DNA of 64,000 bases, taken from the NCBI GenBank assembly GCA_977017645.1, contig OZ360231.1, positions 19,220,001-19,284,000 on the forward strand, written 5' to 3'. Below the pieces are notes generated by a model. The model ran no database searches. It was not told the DNA's origin and saw only the letters and a list, made by a program, of their open reading frames with translations. A program made the translations under genes and the position numbers. Below, piece by piece: positions 13,133-25,462 of the stretch (within the stretch, counting starts at the first letter, position 1; the number at the start of each line of letters is the position of its first letter). This DNA comes from Torpedo marmorata. Its lineage: Eukaryota.

Positions 13133-13446
13133 TACTTGGGCAGAGCAGCTCCCTTACCACGCTGTCGTGACTTGGTTGACTACCCAGCAATATTGACTCT
13201 ACCGCAAAAATAGGTGGAGATTGAAGTTCTTCTTTCTACTTTGTTCTCACCTTTGGAAAAAGTTGTTGTATCTTCCCCGTGTTTCTCAGCACCAACTTTG
13301 GACGCCTGCAGTAGGCAATAATGCGCAGGTAAAAGCATTCAGCCAGGTGTTCAATTGGCTCTCTCAGACTTGTGTGGATAAGGCGAGATCAGACTGGAGA
13401 AGACAGGATTGGTCCTCTGACAGAATTGAATGTCTTCAATAAGAGG

Positions 13447-16379
13447 GTGGTGAGAGTATGGGACGAGCTACCAGCGAAGGTGGTGAGAGTATGGGACGAG
13501 CTACCAGCGAAGGGGGTGAGAGTATGGGACGAGCTACCAGCGAAGGGAGTGAGAGTATGGGATGAGCTACCAGCGAAGGTGGTGAGAGTATGGGACGAGC
13601 TACCAGCGAAGGGGGTGAGAGTATGGGATGAGCTACCAGCGAAGGTGGTGAGAGTATGGGACGAGCTACCAGCGAAGGTGGTGAGAGTATGGGACGAGCT
13701 TCCAGCGAAGGTGGTGAGAGTATGGGACGAGCTACCAGCGAAGGTGGTGAGAGTATGGGACGAGCTACCAGCGAAGGTGGTGAGAGTATGGGACGAGCTA
13801 CCAGCGAAGGTGGTGAGAGTATGGGACGAGCTACCAGCGAAGGTGATGAGAGTATGGGACGAGCTACCAGCGAAGGTGGTGAGAGTATGGGACGAGCTAC
13901 CAGCGAGGGTGGTGAGAGTATGGGACGACCAGCGAAGGTGGTGAGAGTATGGGACGAGCTACCAGCGAAGGTGGTGAGAGTATGGGACGAGCTACCAGCG
14001 AAGGTGGTGAGAGTATGGGACGAGCTACCAGCGAAGGTGGTGAGAGTATGGGACGACCAGCGAAGGTGGTGAGAGTATGGGACGAGCTACCAGCGAAGGT
14101 GGTGAGAGTATGGGACGAGCTACCAGCGAAGGTGATGAGAGTATGGGACGAGCTACCAGCGAAGGTGATGAGAGTATGGGACGAGCTACCAGCGAAGGTG
14201 GTGAGAGTATGGGACGAGCTACCAGCGAAGGTGGTGAGAGTATGGGACGAGCTACCAGCGAAGGTGGTGAGAGTATGGGACGACCAGCGAAGGTGATGAG
14301 AGTATGGGACGAGCTACCAGCGAAGGTGGTGAGAGTATGGGACGAGCTACCAGCGAAGGTGATGAGAGTATGGGACGAGCTACCAGCGAAGGTGGTGAGA
14401 GTATGGGACGAGCTACCAGCGAAGGTGGTGAGAGTATGGGACGACCAGCGAAGGTGGTGAGAGTATGGGACGAGCTACCAGCGAAGGTGGTGAGAGTATG
14501 GGACGAGCTACCAGCGAAGGTGGTGAGAGTATGGAACGAGCTACCAGCGAAGGTGGTGAGAGTATGGGACGACCAGCGAAGGTGGTGAGAGTATGGGACG
14601 AGCTACCAGCGAAGGTGGTGAGAGTATGGGACGAGCTACCAGCGAAGGTGATGAGAGTATGGGACGAGCTACCAGCGAGGGTGATGAGAGTATGGGACGA
14701 GCTACCAGCGAAGGTGGTGAGAGTATGGGACGAGCTACCAGCGAAGGTGATGAGAGTATGGGACGAGCTACCAGCGAAGGTGGTGAGAGTATGGGACGAC
14801 CAGCGAAGGTGATGAGAGTATGGGACGAGCTACCAGCGAAGGTGGTGAGAGTATGGGACGAGCTACCAGCGAAGGTGATGAGAGTATGGGACGAGCTACC
14901 AGCGAAGGTGGTGAGAGTATGGGACGAGCTACCAGCGAAGGTGATGAGAGTATGGGACGAGCTACCAGCGAAGGTGCTGAGAGTATGGGACGAGCTACCA
15001 GCGAAGGTGGTGAGAGTATGGGACGACCAGCGAAGGTGGTGAGAGTATGGGACGAGCTACCAGCGAAGGTGGTGAGAGTATGGGACGAGCTACCAGCGAA
15101 GGTGGTGAGAGTATGGGACGAGCTACCAGCGAAGGTGGTGAGAGTATGGGACGAGCTACCAGCGAAGGTGGTGAGAGTATGGGACGACCAGCGAAGGTGG
15201 TGAGAGTATGGGACGAGCTACCAGCGAAGGTGGTGAGAGTATGGGACGAGCTACCAGCGAAGGTGGTGAGAGTATGGGACGACCAGCGAAGGTGGTGAGA
15301 GTATGGGACGAGCTACCAGCGAAGGTGGTGAGAGTATGGGACGAGCTACCAGCGAAGGTGGTGAGAGTATGGGACGAGCTACCAGCGAAGGTGATGAGAG
15401 TATGGGACGAGCTACCAGCGAAGGTGATGAGAGTATGGGACGAGCTACCAGCGAAGGTGGTGAGAGTATGGGACGAGCTACCAGCGAAGGTGGTGAGAGT
15501 ATGGGACGAGCTACCAGCGAGGGTGATGAGAGTATGGGACGAGCTACCAGCGAAGGTGGTGAGAGTATGGGACGAGCTACCAGCGAGGGTGATGAGAGTA
15601 TGGGACGAGCTACCAGCGAAGGTGGTGAGAGTATGGGACGAGCTACCAGCGAAGGTGATGAGAGTATGGGACGAGCTACCAGCGAAGGTGGTGAGAGTAT
15701 GGGACGACCAGCGAAGGTGATGAGAGTATGGGACGAGCTACCAGCGAAGGTGGTGAGAGTATGGGACGAGCTACCAGCGAAGGTGCTGAGAGTATGGGAC
15801 GAGCTACCAGCGAAGGTGGTGAGAGTATGGGACGACCAGCGAAGGTGGTGAGAGTATGGGACGAGCTACCAGCGAAGGTGGTGAGAGTATGGGACGAGCT
15901 ACCAGCGAAGGTGGTGAGAGTATGGGACGAGCTACCAGCGAAGGTGGTGAGAGTATGGGACGAGCTACCAGCGAAGGTGGTGAGAGTATGGGACGAGCTA
16001 CCAGCGAAGGTGGTGAGAGTATGGGACGAGCTACCAGCGAAGGTGGTGAGAGTATGGGACGAGCTACCAGCGAAGGTGGTGAGAGTATGGGACGAGCTAC
16101 CAGCGAAGGTGGTGAGAGTATGGGACGAGCTACCAGCGAAGGTGGTGAGAGTATGGGACGAGCTACCAGCGAAGGTGGTGAGAGTATGGGACGAGCTACC
16201 AGCGAAGGTGGTGAGAGTATGGGACGAGCTACCAGCGAAGGTGGTGAGAGTATGGGACGAGCTACCAGCGAAGGTGGTGAGAGTATGGGACGAGCTACCA
16301 GCGAAGGTGGTGAGAGTATGGGACGAGCTACCAGCGAAGGTGGTGAGAGTATGGGACGAGCTACCAGCGAAGGTGGTGG
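13447..16379 (+). repeat. 33-bp minisatellite (about 90 copies) derived from the CR1 ORF2 3' end
   Basis: Unit GTGGTGAGAGTATGGGACGAGCTACCAGCGAAG (VVRVWDELPAK) with 29-bp deletion variants; normal CR1 resumes at 16380. Confidence 0.97.
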
Positions 16380-16555
16380 ATGCAGGTTCGATTTTAACAT
16401 TTAAGAGAAACTTGGATAAGTACACGGATGGGAGGAACATGGAGGGCTTTGCTCCGGGTGCAGGTTGGTGGGACTAGGCGGAATAAATAGTCTGGCATGG
16501 ACTAGATGGGCTGAAGGGCCTGTTTCTGTGCTGTCGTGTTTTATTGGTTCTGTAG
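16380..16555 (+). mobile_element. CR1 3' end following the minisatellite
   Basis: DAGSILTFKRNLDKYTDGRNMEGFAPGAGWWD* and gggctgaagggcctgtttctgtgctg 3' UTR. Confidence 0.9.
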
Positions 16556-16664
16556 TTCATCTTGGAGAAAAGAATGTTGAGAGGAGATTTGATTAAAGGG
16601 GACATTTTTGAGGAATTTGAAGGGAGGGAAGAGACCGAAGCTGTTCCAATTCAGTACCTTTTCT

Positions 16665-16896
16665 TGTAGACCTCTATTAAGTCACCTCTCAACCTTCTTC
16701 ACTCCAGAGAAAAGTCCTAGTTCTGCTAATCTTGCCTCATAAGACTTATTTTCCAATTCAGGCAGCATCCTGGTAAATCTCCTCTGCACGCTCTCTAAAG
16801 CTTCCACATCCTTCCTGTAATGAGGTGACCAGAAATGAACACAATATTCTAAGTGTGGTCTCACCAGAGGTTTGTAGAGCTGCAACATCACCTCAC
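16665..16896 (-). mobile_element. CR1 fragment
   Basis: REVMLQLYKPLVRPHLEYCVHFWSPHYRKDVEALESVQRRFTRMLP. Confidence 0.85.
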
Positions 16897-17111
16897 GAAG
16901 AGAAAGAGAAAACAATTTGCAAGGCTTCAGGCAAAGTGAGACTGATGATACTGAAATATTAGAAAAGGGCATGAACAAGATGGGCCGAATGGCCTCCATC
17001 TGTTCTGTAGCCATTCTATGATTTGACGATCCCACAGAGGGCAAGGCCAAAATATAGAGAGAAACAAACCTCCTCTCAAAACGCATCGTTCTGCCGTTTC
17101 TGTTCCTTCAG

Positions 17112-17239
17112 ATACGACATCAAGGACGACAACACTCTACGCATCAAGAGGGTGAGCAATAGCGACGAGGGAACGTTCACCTGCGTTGGAGAGAACCAGG
17201 TGGGCATGGTGGAGGCGACTGCGATGCTCACCGTACGAG
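17112..17239 (+). CDS. ROBO2: Roundabout (ROBO2-type) internal coding exon, C-terminal part of Ig3 (equivalent to mammalian exon 6)
   Basis: Acceptor tgttccttcag|A and donor CGAG|gtaaga; 128 nt; encodes (R)YDIKDDNTLRIKRVSNSDEGTFTCVGENQVGMVEATAMLTVR, recognisably ROBO2 Ig3 (DxGxYxC-type motif); ends in phase 1. Confidence 0.9.
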
Positions 17240-18765
17240 GTAAGAGAAGGTCTTGCCATCGAGTGGACGGGAAGGGACTCCACGTTGAGCCTTCGGGCGA
17301 GGTTGGAGGATTCTGAGATGTTGCCATTGGCAACTCTGCTCTGAATGATCCCAGGCCGATTTGTGATGTGACATTCCACCTTCAAATGCCCCACTTTACC
17401 AGCATCATGGGTCCTCGAATGTGAATACTATCCCACGCCAACTGGAAAGTAAAGGGGCCTACTGCTAACTGATTCTTCATGTAGTCAGACAATTCCTATC
17501 CCTCAATGTGCTTATTTTGAGCTGCTTTGCTAAGTATTTAATTAATGTTTGTTTTTTAAATGCAATTCCTGGAGAGCCTGTATGGGAGAGGGTGAACCCT
17601 TGTTAGTGGGGGTGAGTTTGTGATGTTTGCCAAGGACCAATGAGAGGAATGCATTCCCACTTTCTTAAAGCGGTGGAGGACAATCCAGATGAGTGGCAGA
17701 TGCCTCAGGTGGAATGGGAGATCGGTGGGGGTTGGGGGGGGGGGCAGGGCTTGCAATAGGGCTGGCCTTCAAATTGCTTTCCCAAGATGGTGGCATTAAT
17801 CCTTTGATTCCCCCCCCTCCCCCATCCCATCTCCACTGCCCCAGCCCTCATTGGCCTTCCACCCGCAGGTCCTCTCGATCGTTGCTGAATCTGATGGAGC
17901 TTCCATTGTCCCATCATCAGCTGCCTCACCGAGTCAACGATCCCTTTGTCCGCTCCCCCTGAAACTACCCTCCAATATTGATGACAGAAAATTTTGGTGT
18001 TCTCTTCCTCAGCCTCTCTCTGACGTTGGCCTGTAGCAGTGTCCAGGAATATAATTTTTTCACCAGGTCCTTCCAGGAGAGGTTGCTATTTCCCTGTCAC
18101 GATAGTTTACAAATTTAGTGCCCCAATTATTTTTTTTGCCTCATTGTTCACAGAAAGGCTGCTAATCTTTCTGTTGATAAGGCAGTTATCAAGGTGTATT
18201 ACCAGAGTGTTGAACACTGAGTGGATGAAGGTACTCTGAGATTCGAACGGATCTCTCGTTGGCTGGAACGGGTTGCCCAGACAGAGGCTCTAGTCTTTGG
18301 AGACAGTATTTACGTGATTGGTCCCAGGTCTGAGGGACTTCAGTTCTGGGGGAACGGGTGGAAAAGCTAGGATTCTTGAGGCAGGAAGTACAAAGGAGAG
18401 ACGTCAAGGAGAGACGGACTTTGGAAGCGGTGCAGAGGAAGTTCACCAGGTTGATTCTAGGAATGAAGGGGCTATCTTATGAGGAGAGATTGATACAGTT
18501 TGAGAAATCAGTGATTTGAAGTTGTAGAATTCAGTATTGAATCCAGAAGGCTGTCATGTGCTCAGACAGAAGATGAGGTGCTGTTCCCGATTTGTCCTCC
18601 TTGTAGCAGTTATTGGTCAGCCTGGTTTTGCCCAACCAGACCTCTCTTGCCCATCCCCCGACCCGATCTCCCTGCATCTTAACAAAGCGACTTCAACCTG
18701 AAACATTATCTCCGCATCTCTTCCCACACATGCACCCCGATCAGCTGAGGGTTACAATACACCAT

Positions 18766-19016
18766 ATTTTAGACATACATACAGCACAGTGACAGGCCCT
18801 TCCAGCCCACAAGTCCCTGCTGCCCAAATATCCCAATTAACCTACAACCCCCTCTATGTTTTGAAGGGTGGGAGGAAACCGGAGCCCCCGGGGAAAACCC
18901 ATGCAGACACAGGGGAGACGTACAAACTCCTTACAGACAGCGCAGGATTCGAACCCCGGTTCCGATCGCTGGGGCTGTAACAGCGTTGTGCGTACCGCTC
19001 CACTAACCGTGCCGCC
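18766..19016 (-). mobile_element. V-SINE (HE1-like)
   Basis: Same family as 50044-50297. Confidence 0.85.
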
Positions 19017-19489
19017 ATAGCTGGGAGGTTTTTTTCGCATTTTTCAACAAAAGATCCTTTTGGAACCTTCTCATGAGTCGATGGAAGGACAGAAGGGGAA
19101 GGGAATCTAAAAGCTTCCCCCTCTTTTCAACCTAAAAGGACCATTTGCGAGGCCCATCCTGATGAAATATCCTTCCCCGCCCAGTTCTTGTGCGTTGACA
19201 GTGGACCACTTGGGTGTAGGATTGGACGACAACTATTTTCCAGGGATCCTGTGCCTTAGGGAAGTGTGATGAACAAAAAGGAGAACTTAAAAGCAGGTGA
19301 AAATAAGTTCAACAGGATGTGCTTTAAACAAAACCTGTTGCATATCCTGCACACACTTTACATTAAACGGACAGCCTTGTTTTCCCCAAACCTAAGTGCA
19401 CATCTAATGAGGTTCTGATATCAAGTCATGTCCAAGCTTGTGGGAGGGAAGCAATTCACTCTGCTTTCTCTCTCCCGCACATCTCATTA

Positions 19490-19752
19490 CATTTAAAATT
19501 TTTAAATTTAGACATACAGCACAGTAACAGGCCATTTCGGCCCATGAGTCCGTGCCGCCCAATTACACCCAATTAACCTACACCCCTGGTACGTTTTGAA
19601 TGGTGGGAGGAAACCAGAGCCCCCGGGGAAAACCCACGCAGACACGGGGAGAACGTACAAACTCCTTACAGACAGCGTGGGATTTGAACCTCAGTCCCGA
19701 TCGCTGGCGCTGTAAAGGCGTTGCGCTAACCGCTACGCCATCCGTGCCGCCC
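19490..19752 (-). mobile_element. V-SINE (HE1-like)
   Basis: Same family as 50044-50297. Confidence 0.88.
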
Positions 19753-19869
19753 AAAACATCAAAGGGGAATTTGAATCAGAATTCCGACCTGAAAGCTGGG
19801 AATTGCTTCCTTGTACCATGCAGGGAAACATAGGATCAGGAGTGACCATTCAGCCCTTTGATCCTGTTC

Positions 19870-21032
19870 TGGCAGATGGAGTACAATGTTGGTAAATGTT
19901 TTTTTTTTTTTTTTAATATTTTATTTAAATTTTTAAATCACAGATTACATAAAATAATTTTGCATATAATTCTCAAAAAATACATGTGATTACATTTTCT
20001 CCCCCCCTCATCCCACCCTCCCCTCCCTAACCCCTATACCCCCCTAATCTAATTAAAATTTATATAAAATAATAATAGTAAAGATAAAAGAAAAAGTAGA
20101 GATAAAAAGATAGAGCGAGGAGTCAATAAGCTTAAAAAAAACACTAATATATCTTAGAGGTTGTTTCGCCGGTAGGTCTAATATCCAGAGAATTCACAAT
20201 GTTAAACCCATAATCCTCATATATGGGCCCCAAATTTTTAATGTTGGTAAATGTGAGGTTATCCACTTTGGAAGGGAAAATGGAAGATAAGATTATTATT
20301 TAAATGGAAAGTGATTGCAGCATGCTGCCATGCAGAAGGACTTGGGAGTGCTTGTGCATGAATCACAAAAGGTTGGTTTGCAGGTGCAGCAGGCTATCAA
20401 GAAGGCATATGGAATGTTGGCCTTCATTGCTAGAGGGATGGAATTTAAGAGCAGGGAGGTTACGCTGCAACTGTACAAGGTACTGGTGAGACCGCATCTG
20501 AAGTACTGTGTGCAGTTCTGGTCTCCTTACTTGAGGAAGGATGGAGGTGGTGCAGAGGAGGTTCACCAGGTTGATTCCAGAGATGAGGAGAGATTGAGTC
20601 GTCTGGGATGGTACTAGCTGGAATTTAGAAGAATGAGAGGAGATCTTATAGAAACGTATAAAATTATGAAAGACATACTGTAGATAAGATAGAGGTAGGT
20701 AAGTTGATTCCAGTAGTGGGGGAGACTAGAACTAGGGGACATAGCCTCAAGATCCAGGGTAGTAGATTTAGGATGGAGATGAGGAGGAACTTCTTTTCCC
20801 AGAGGGTGGTGAATCTGGAATTCGCTGCCCATTGAAGCAGTGGAGGCGACCTCAGTAAATATATTTAAGACAAGGTTGGATAGATTTTTACAAAGTGAGG
20901 GAAATTAAGGGATATGGGGAAAAGGCAGGTAGGTAGAGATGAGCCGATCATCAGATCAGCCATGATCACATTGAATGGTGGAGCAGGCTCGATGGGCCGG
21001 ATGGCCGACTCTTGCTGCGATTTCTTATGTTC
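19870..21032 (+). mobile_element. CR1 3' fragment interrupted by an L1 insertion
   Basis: WQMEYNVGKC|EVIHFG, KDLGVLVHES, LYKVLVRPHLKYCVQFWSPY. Confidence 0.85.
19900..20239 (-). mobile_element. 5'-truncated L1-clade insertion with 15-bp TSD
   Basis: Poly(T) at 19900, C-rich tract, reverse strand KIWGPYMRIMGLTL* (compare KIWSPYMKAVGLRI* at 1202); TSD AATGTTGGTAAATGT at 19885-19899 and 20240-20254. Confidence 0.9.
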
Positions 21033-21212
21033 CATCATTCCATACAGTTATAGCCTATCTCAATACCATACATCGACCCTCTCTCCCTCCCCTTGCCCCA
21101 CCCTCCCCATCCCTCACTGACTCCTTAATACTTTTTATGTCTTGAGTCACGGAGGCAAACACAGCACAGAAGCAGGTCCTTCAGCCCAACATGCTCATGC
21201 GGACCAAGATCC

Positions 21213-22686
21213 ATAGAACAATAGAACCATAGAACATTACAGCACAGAAACAGGCCCCTTCGGTCCTTCTTGTCTGTACTGAACCATTTTTTTTGCCTAG
21301 TCCCACTGACCTGTACCCAGTCCATAGCTCTCCGTACCTCTCCCATCCATGTACCTGTCCAAATTCCTCTTAAATGTTAAAATTGAGCCCGCATTCACCA
21401 CTTCAGCTGGCAGCTCGTTCCACACTCCCACCACTCTCTGTGTGAAGAAGTTCCCCCTCATGTTCCCCCTAAACTTTTCCCCTTTCACCCTTAACCCATG
21501 TCCTCTTGTTTGTATCTCACCTACCCTCAGTGGAAAAAGCCTACCTACATTTACTCTGTCTATCCCCCTCATAATTTTAAATACCTCTATCAAATCTCCC
21601 CTCATCCGTCTATGCTCCAGGGAATAAAGTCCTAACCTGTTTAACTTTTCCCTGTAACTCAGATCCTGAAGTCTGGGCAACATCCTAGTAAATCTTCTCT
21701 GCCCTCTTTCTATCTTATTGATATCTTGCCTGTAGTTAGGTGACCAAAACTGCACACATTACTCCAAATATGGCCTCACCAATGTCTTATACAACTTTAA
21801 CACAATATCCCAACTCCTGTACTCAATACTTTGATTTATGAAGGCCAATATTCCAAAAGCTCTCTTTACACTATCCATCTGTGATGCCACTTTCTGGGAA
21901 TTATATATCTGTATTCCCAGATCCTTCTGTTCTACCGTACTCCTCAGTGCCCTACCATTTACTGTGTATGTCCTTTCTTGGTTTGTCCTTCCAAAATGCA
22001 ACACCTCACACTTGTCTGCATTAAATTCCATCTGCCATTTTTCAGCCCATTTTTCCAGCTGGTCCAGATCCCTCTGCAAGCTTTGAAAACCTTCTTCACT
22101 GTCCACAACACCTCCAATCTTAGTGTCATCTGCAAACTTGCTGATCCAATTTACCACTTTATCGTCCAGATCATTGATATAGATGACAAACAACAATGGT
22201 CCCAGCACAGATCCCTGAGGCACACCACTAGTCACAGGCCTCCAGTCTGAGAAGCAATCATTCACCACTACTCTCTGGCTTCTCCCATCCAGCCTTTGTT
22301 GAATCCAGTTCACTACTTCACCATGAATACCTAGCGTCTGAACCTTCCTGACTAACCTCCCATGCGGGACCTTTTCAAAGGCCTTACTAAAGTCCATGTA
22401 GACCACATCCACAGCCTTTGCTTCGTCAACGTTCCTGGTAACCTCCTCGAAAAACACTATAAGATTGGTTAAACACGACCTACCATGCACAAAGCCATGT
22501 TGACTATCCCTAATCAGTTTCTGGCTATCCAAATAATTGTATATCCGACCTTCCAATAATTTACCTACTACTGACGTCCGACTCACCGGCCTATAATTTC
22601 CAGGGTTACTTTTGGAGCCTTTTTTAAACAACGGAACAACGTGAGCTACCCTCCAATCCTCTGGCACCTCACCCGTGGCTAAGGAC
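21213..22686 (-). mobile_element. CR1 LINE, 5'-truncated, nested in an older CR1 fragment (~21157-21212 and 22687-23320)
   Basis: ORFs 21759-22667 and 21297-21755 (FADD, GVPQGSVLGP), one in-frame stop, (CATAGAAC)n tail. Confidence 0.92.
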
Positions 22687-23329
22687 TACACCCACCTACC
22701 TACATTTGGCCCACATCCCTCCCTAACCTTTCCTAACCATGTACCTGTCCAAATGTCTTTGAAATGTTGTAATTGTAGCCCCCTCCTCCATGAACTCTGG
22801 CACACGCCCACCACCCTCTGTGGGAATAAGATGCCCCTCAGGTCCTTTTTAAATCTTTTTCCCCCTCACCTTCAACCTCTGACCTCTAATTTTAGAATCC
22901 CCTAGCTTAGGGATAAACTGTGACTATTTGCCGCATCCAAGCCCTCATGATTTTATAAGACTGTATAAGGTCACACGGTAGGCTCCCCTGATCCAAAGAG
23001 AACAGACCCAGCCTCTCTATTTCCTCCACATAATTCAAGCATGTAAAATCCTCATAAATCTTTTCTGCACTCGTTCCACGTCCTTGCTATAACGGGCGAC
23101 CAGACCTGCACACAATACTCCAAGTGTGGTCTCACCAATGTCTTGTACAGTTGCAACATGACGTCTGTACTCACTGGCCTGACCGATGAAGGCAAACCAT
23201 TCTGTCCTCCGGTGTCTCTGCTTTCATGGAACTGTGGATCTGTACCCCTGGGTCTCTCTGCTCTACAACACTCTCCAGGGCCCCGACATTTACTACGCAA
23301 GTCCTTCCCTTGTTTAACTTCCAATAATT

Positions 23330-23940
23330 CTTGGTATTGAAGGAGTGCAGCGAGGGTTTACCAGACAGATCCCTGGGACAGCAGGATAGGCAGATGAAGA
23401 AAGCCTGGATGGACCAGGGTTATACTCACAGGAATTTGGAGGAATGAGAGGGGATCTCATTGAGACGTATAAATCTCTGACAGGACCAGGCAGGTTAGAT
23501 ACAGGAAGAATGTTCCTGATGTTGGGGATGTCCAGAACAAAGGGTCACAGTCTAAGGAGAAGGGAGGGCTGAGGTGAGGAGAATGCTCTTCACTCAGAGT
23601 GTTGTGAACTTGTGGAACTCCCTACCACAGAGGCTAATTCATTAGATAGATTCAAGAGGGAGTTGGATGTGGCTTGAAGGGATCAAGAGGTATGGAGAGA
23701 AAGCATGAATAGGGGGCTGAGGTCACATGATGAACAATGATAGTATTGAAGAGAATAAAAATACTTCACTCTAGAACTGAGATCAGGAGAATTCTTCATC
23801 AATAAGGGTGTCAAAGGCTATGGGGAGAATTCAGAAGACAGGAATTAAGAAGAAAAATACAACAGCCATGAGGTGAATGGCCGAGTAGACTTGATGGGCC
23901 GAATGGCCTAATTTTGCTCCTTTGTCTTATGGCCTTATGA
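23330..23940 (+). mobile_element. Old CR1 3' fragments
   Basis: Degenerate EGVQRGFTR, MRGDLIETYK, and gggccgaatggccta 3' UTR. Confidence 0.65.
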
Positions 23941-24026
23941 GTGGTGGTGTAGTCTCAAAGGGCTGAGTGGCCTACGCCTGCCCCTATATTCCATGATTCT
24001 ATAATGGACGGACATGTCACTAATAG

Positions 24027-24383
24027 AGTAGCGGCCCGCGACCTACTCCGCAGGCCGACACAGGGAGCCGTGGTCGAACACGGCGATCGCGCAGGCGGCA
24101 CGTGATTCGGACAGCCCGTTCCCATAGGCCACAATGGCAAGGAGAGAACGGGCCAATCCGTAAGGATGGATCGTGGCCCGAACAATCCTGGGCGTCGCGC
24201 CTTAGGCCACGCCCCATCAGTGACGCAGCAGTCAGGCTCGGCCCGCCTATAAAAGGCAGAGCCGACGGCAGAATAGGCAGTTCTGTCTTGACGCTCAGAG
24301 GGTGTGCATTTCCCTCTTGAACTCCAGAACTAGAGCGACGACCAACTCGACGCGCAGAGCTATAACCGTAGCGACGCGCTACA
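24027..24383 (+). mobile_element. Solo LTR (Gypsy-like), 357 bp, TSD ATAG
   Basis: Ends (A)GTAGCG...CGCTACA; ATAG at 24023-24026 and 24384-24387; internal CCAAT, TGACGCA, TATAAAA (24248). Confidence 0.85.
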
Positions 24384-25210
24384 ATAGAATCTTTTACCTC
24401 TGCAAATGTCCTTGTCTTCAGAGAGAGACTGACACACATGGTTTGGCCAACCGTTGAGCGCTAAAATTACCATATTGATATTCAGGAGAATTTCTGTTTG
24501 TTTCAGGTTCCCCGATGTTTGTATTCTGCAGCTGAATCCTCATTTTTGCTGTCCGACGCTGACCCTTTGCAGAAAGCTGCCCCATTTGTAACCCAGGTCC
24601 GATTCCCTGACAGCCATTTCCCGCTTTATCCTCTCCTCTGAACTATCCAGCATTGAATGGTGCAACTCAGTTCATCCTGCCTGCACAGCTCCTGAAAGGA
24701 ATCCTTTTTCTCCCCCCCACTCCTCCCGCCGCTCTTTCCTTACAAACTATTCTTTTTGGAATACTTCTCCAAATTCGTTCTGAAGGCTCCTGTTGATCTT
24801 CCGACCCTTTCACAGGCAGCTGGGGTTGAGAAATCCTCTGCACTGTCTCGTTGTGCCAGTCCTGTGATCACCCACCTTTTTTCAAGTTTATTGACACGGT
24901 GATAAACTTTGTTTTGCGAGCAGCCCAGTTAGTGCACTCATACATAGTTCAGTAGCTAAAAACACAGTGCAGAGTTACAGAAAGATCAGTTGGAACAGAG
25001 CCAACACAACATTATTTTACCAGTGTGAGATTCATTCCAAAACGTCACACTGTCAACTGCATCATAGGGTGTACAGAAACAGGCCCTTCAGCCCAACTTG
25101 TCCATGCCAGCCAATCTGCCCAGCTGAACTAGTCCCATTTGACTGTGTTCGACCCGTATCCCTGTAACACTTACCTATCCAATCTACCTGTCCAATTGCC
25201 ATCTAATTAC

Positions 25211-25462
25211 TTTTTTAATTTTTGAGATACAGCACAGTTAACAGGCCCTTCCGGCCCACAAGCCCGTGCCGCCCAAATACTTCAATGAACCTGCAACCCC
25301 TCCCCCATACGTTTTTAGAGGGTGGGAGCTAACTGGAGCACCCAGAGGAAACCCACGCAAGACACGGGGAGGATGTACAAATTCCTTACAGACAGCGCCA
25401 GATTCGAACCCAGGTCCCTGGCGCTGTGAAAGCATTGCACTAACCGTTGTGCTAACCATTGC
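25211..25462 (-). mobile_element. V-SINE (HE1-like), diverged
   Basis: B-box and V-domain on the reverse strand. Confidence 0.8.

Noticed and set aside
13447-16379. CRISPR-like array or repetitive protein (VVRVWDELPAK / MGRATSEGGES ORFs)
   Set aside because: No unique spacers; the units are head-to-tail copies of a CR1 segment, and the ORFs only reflect a stop-free 33-bp unit.
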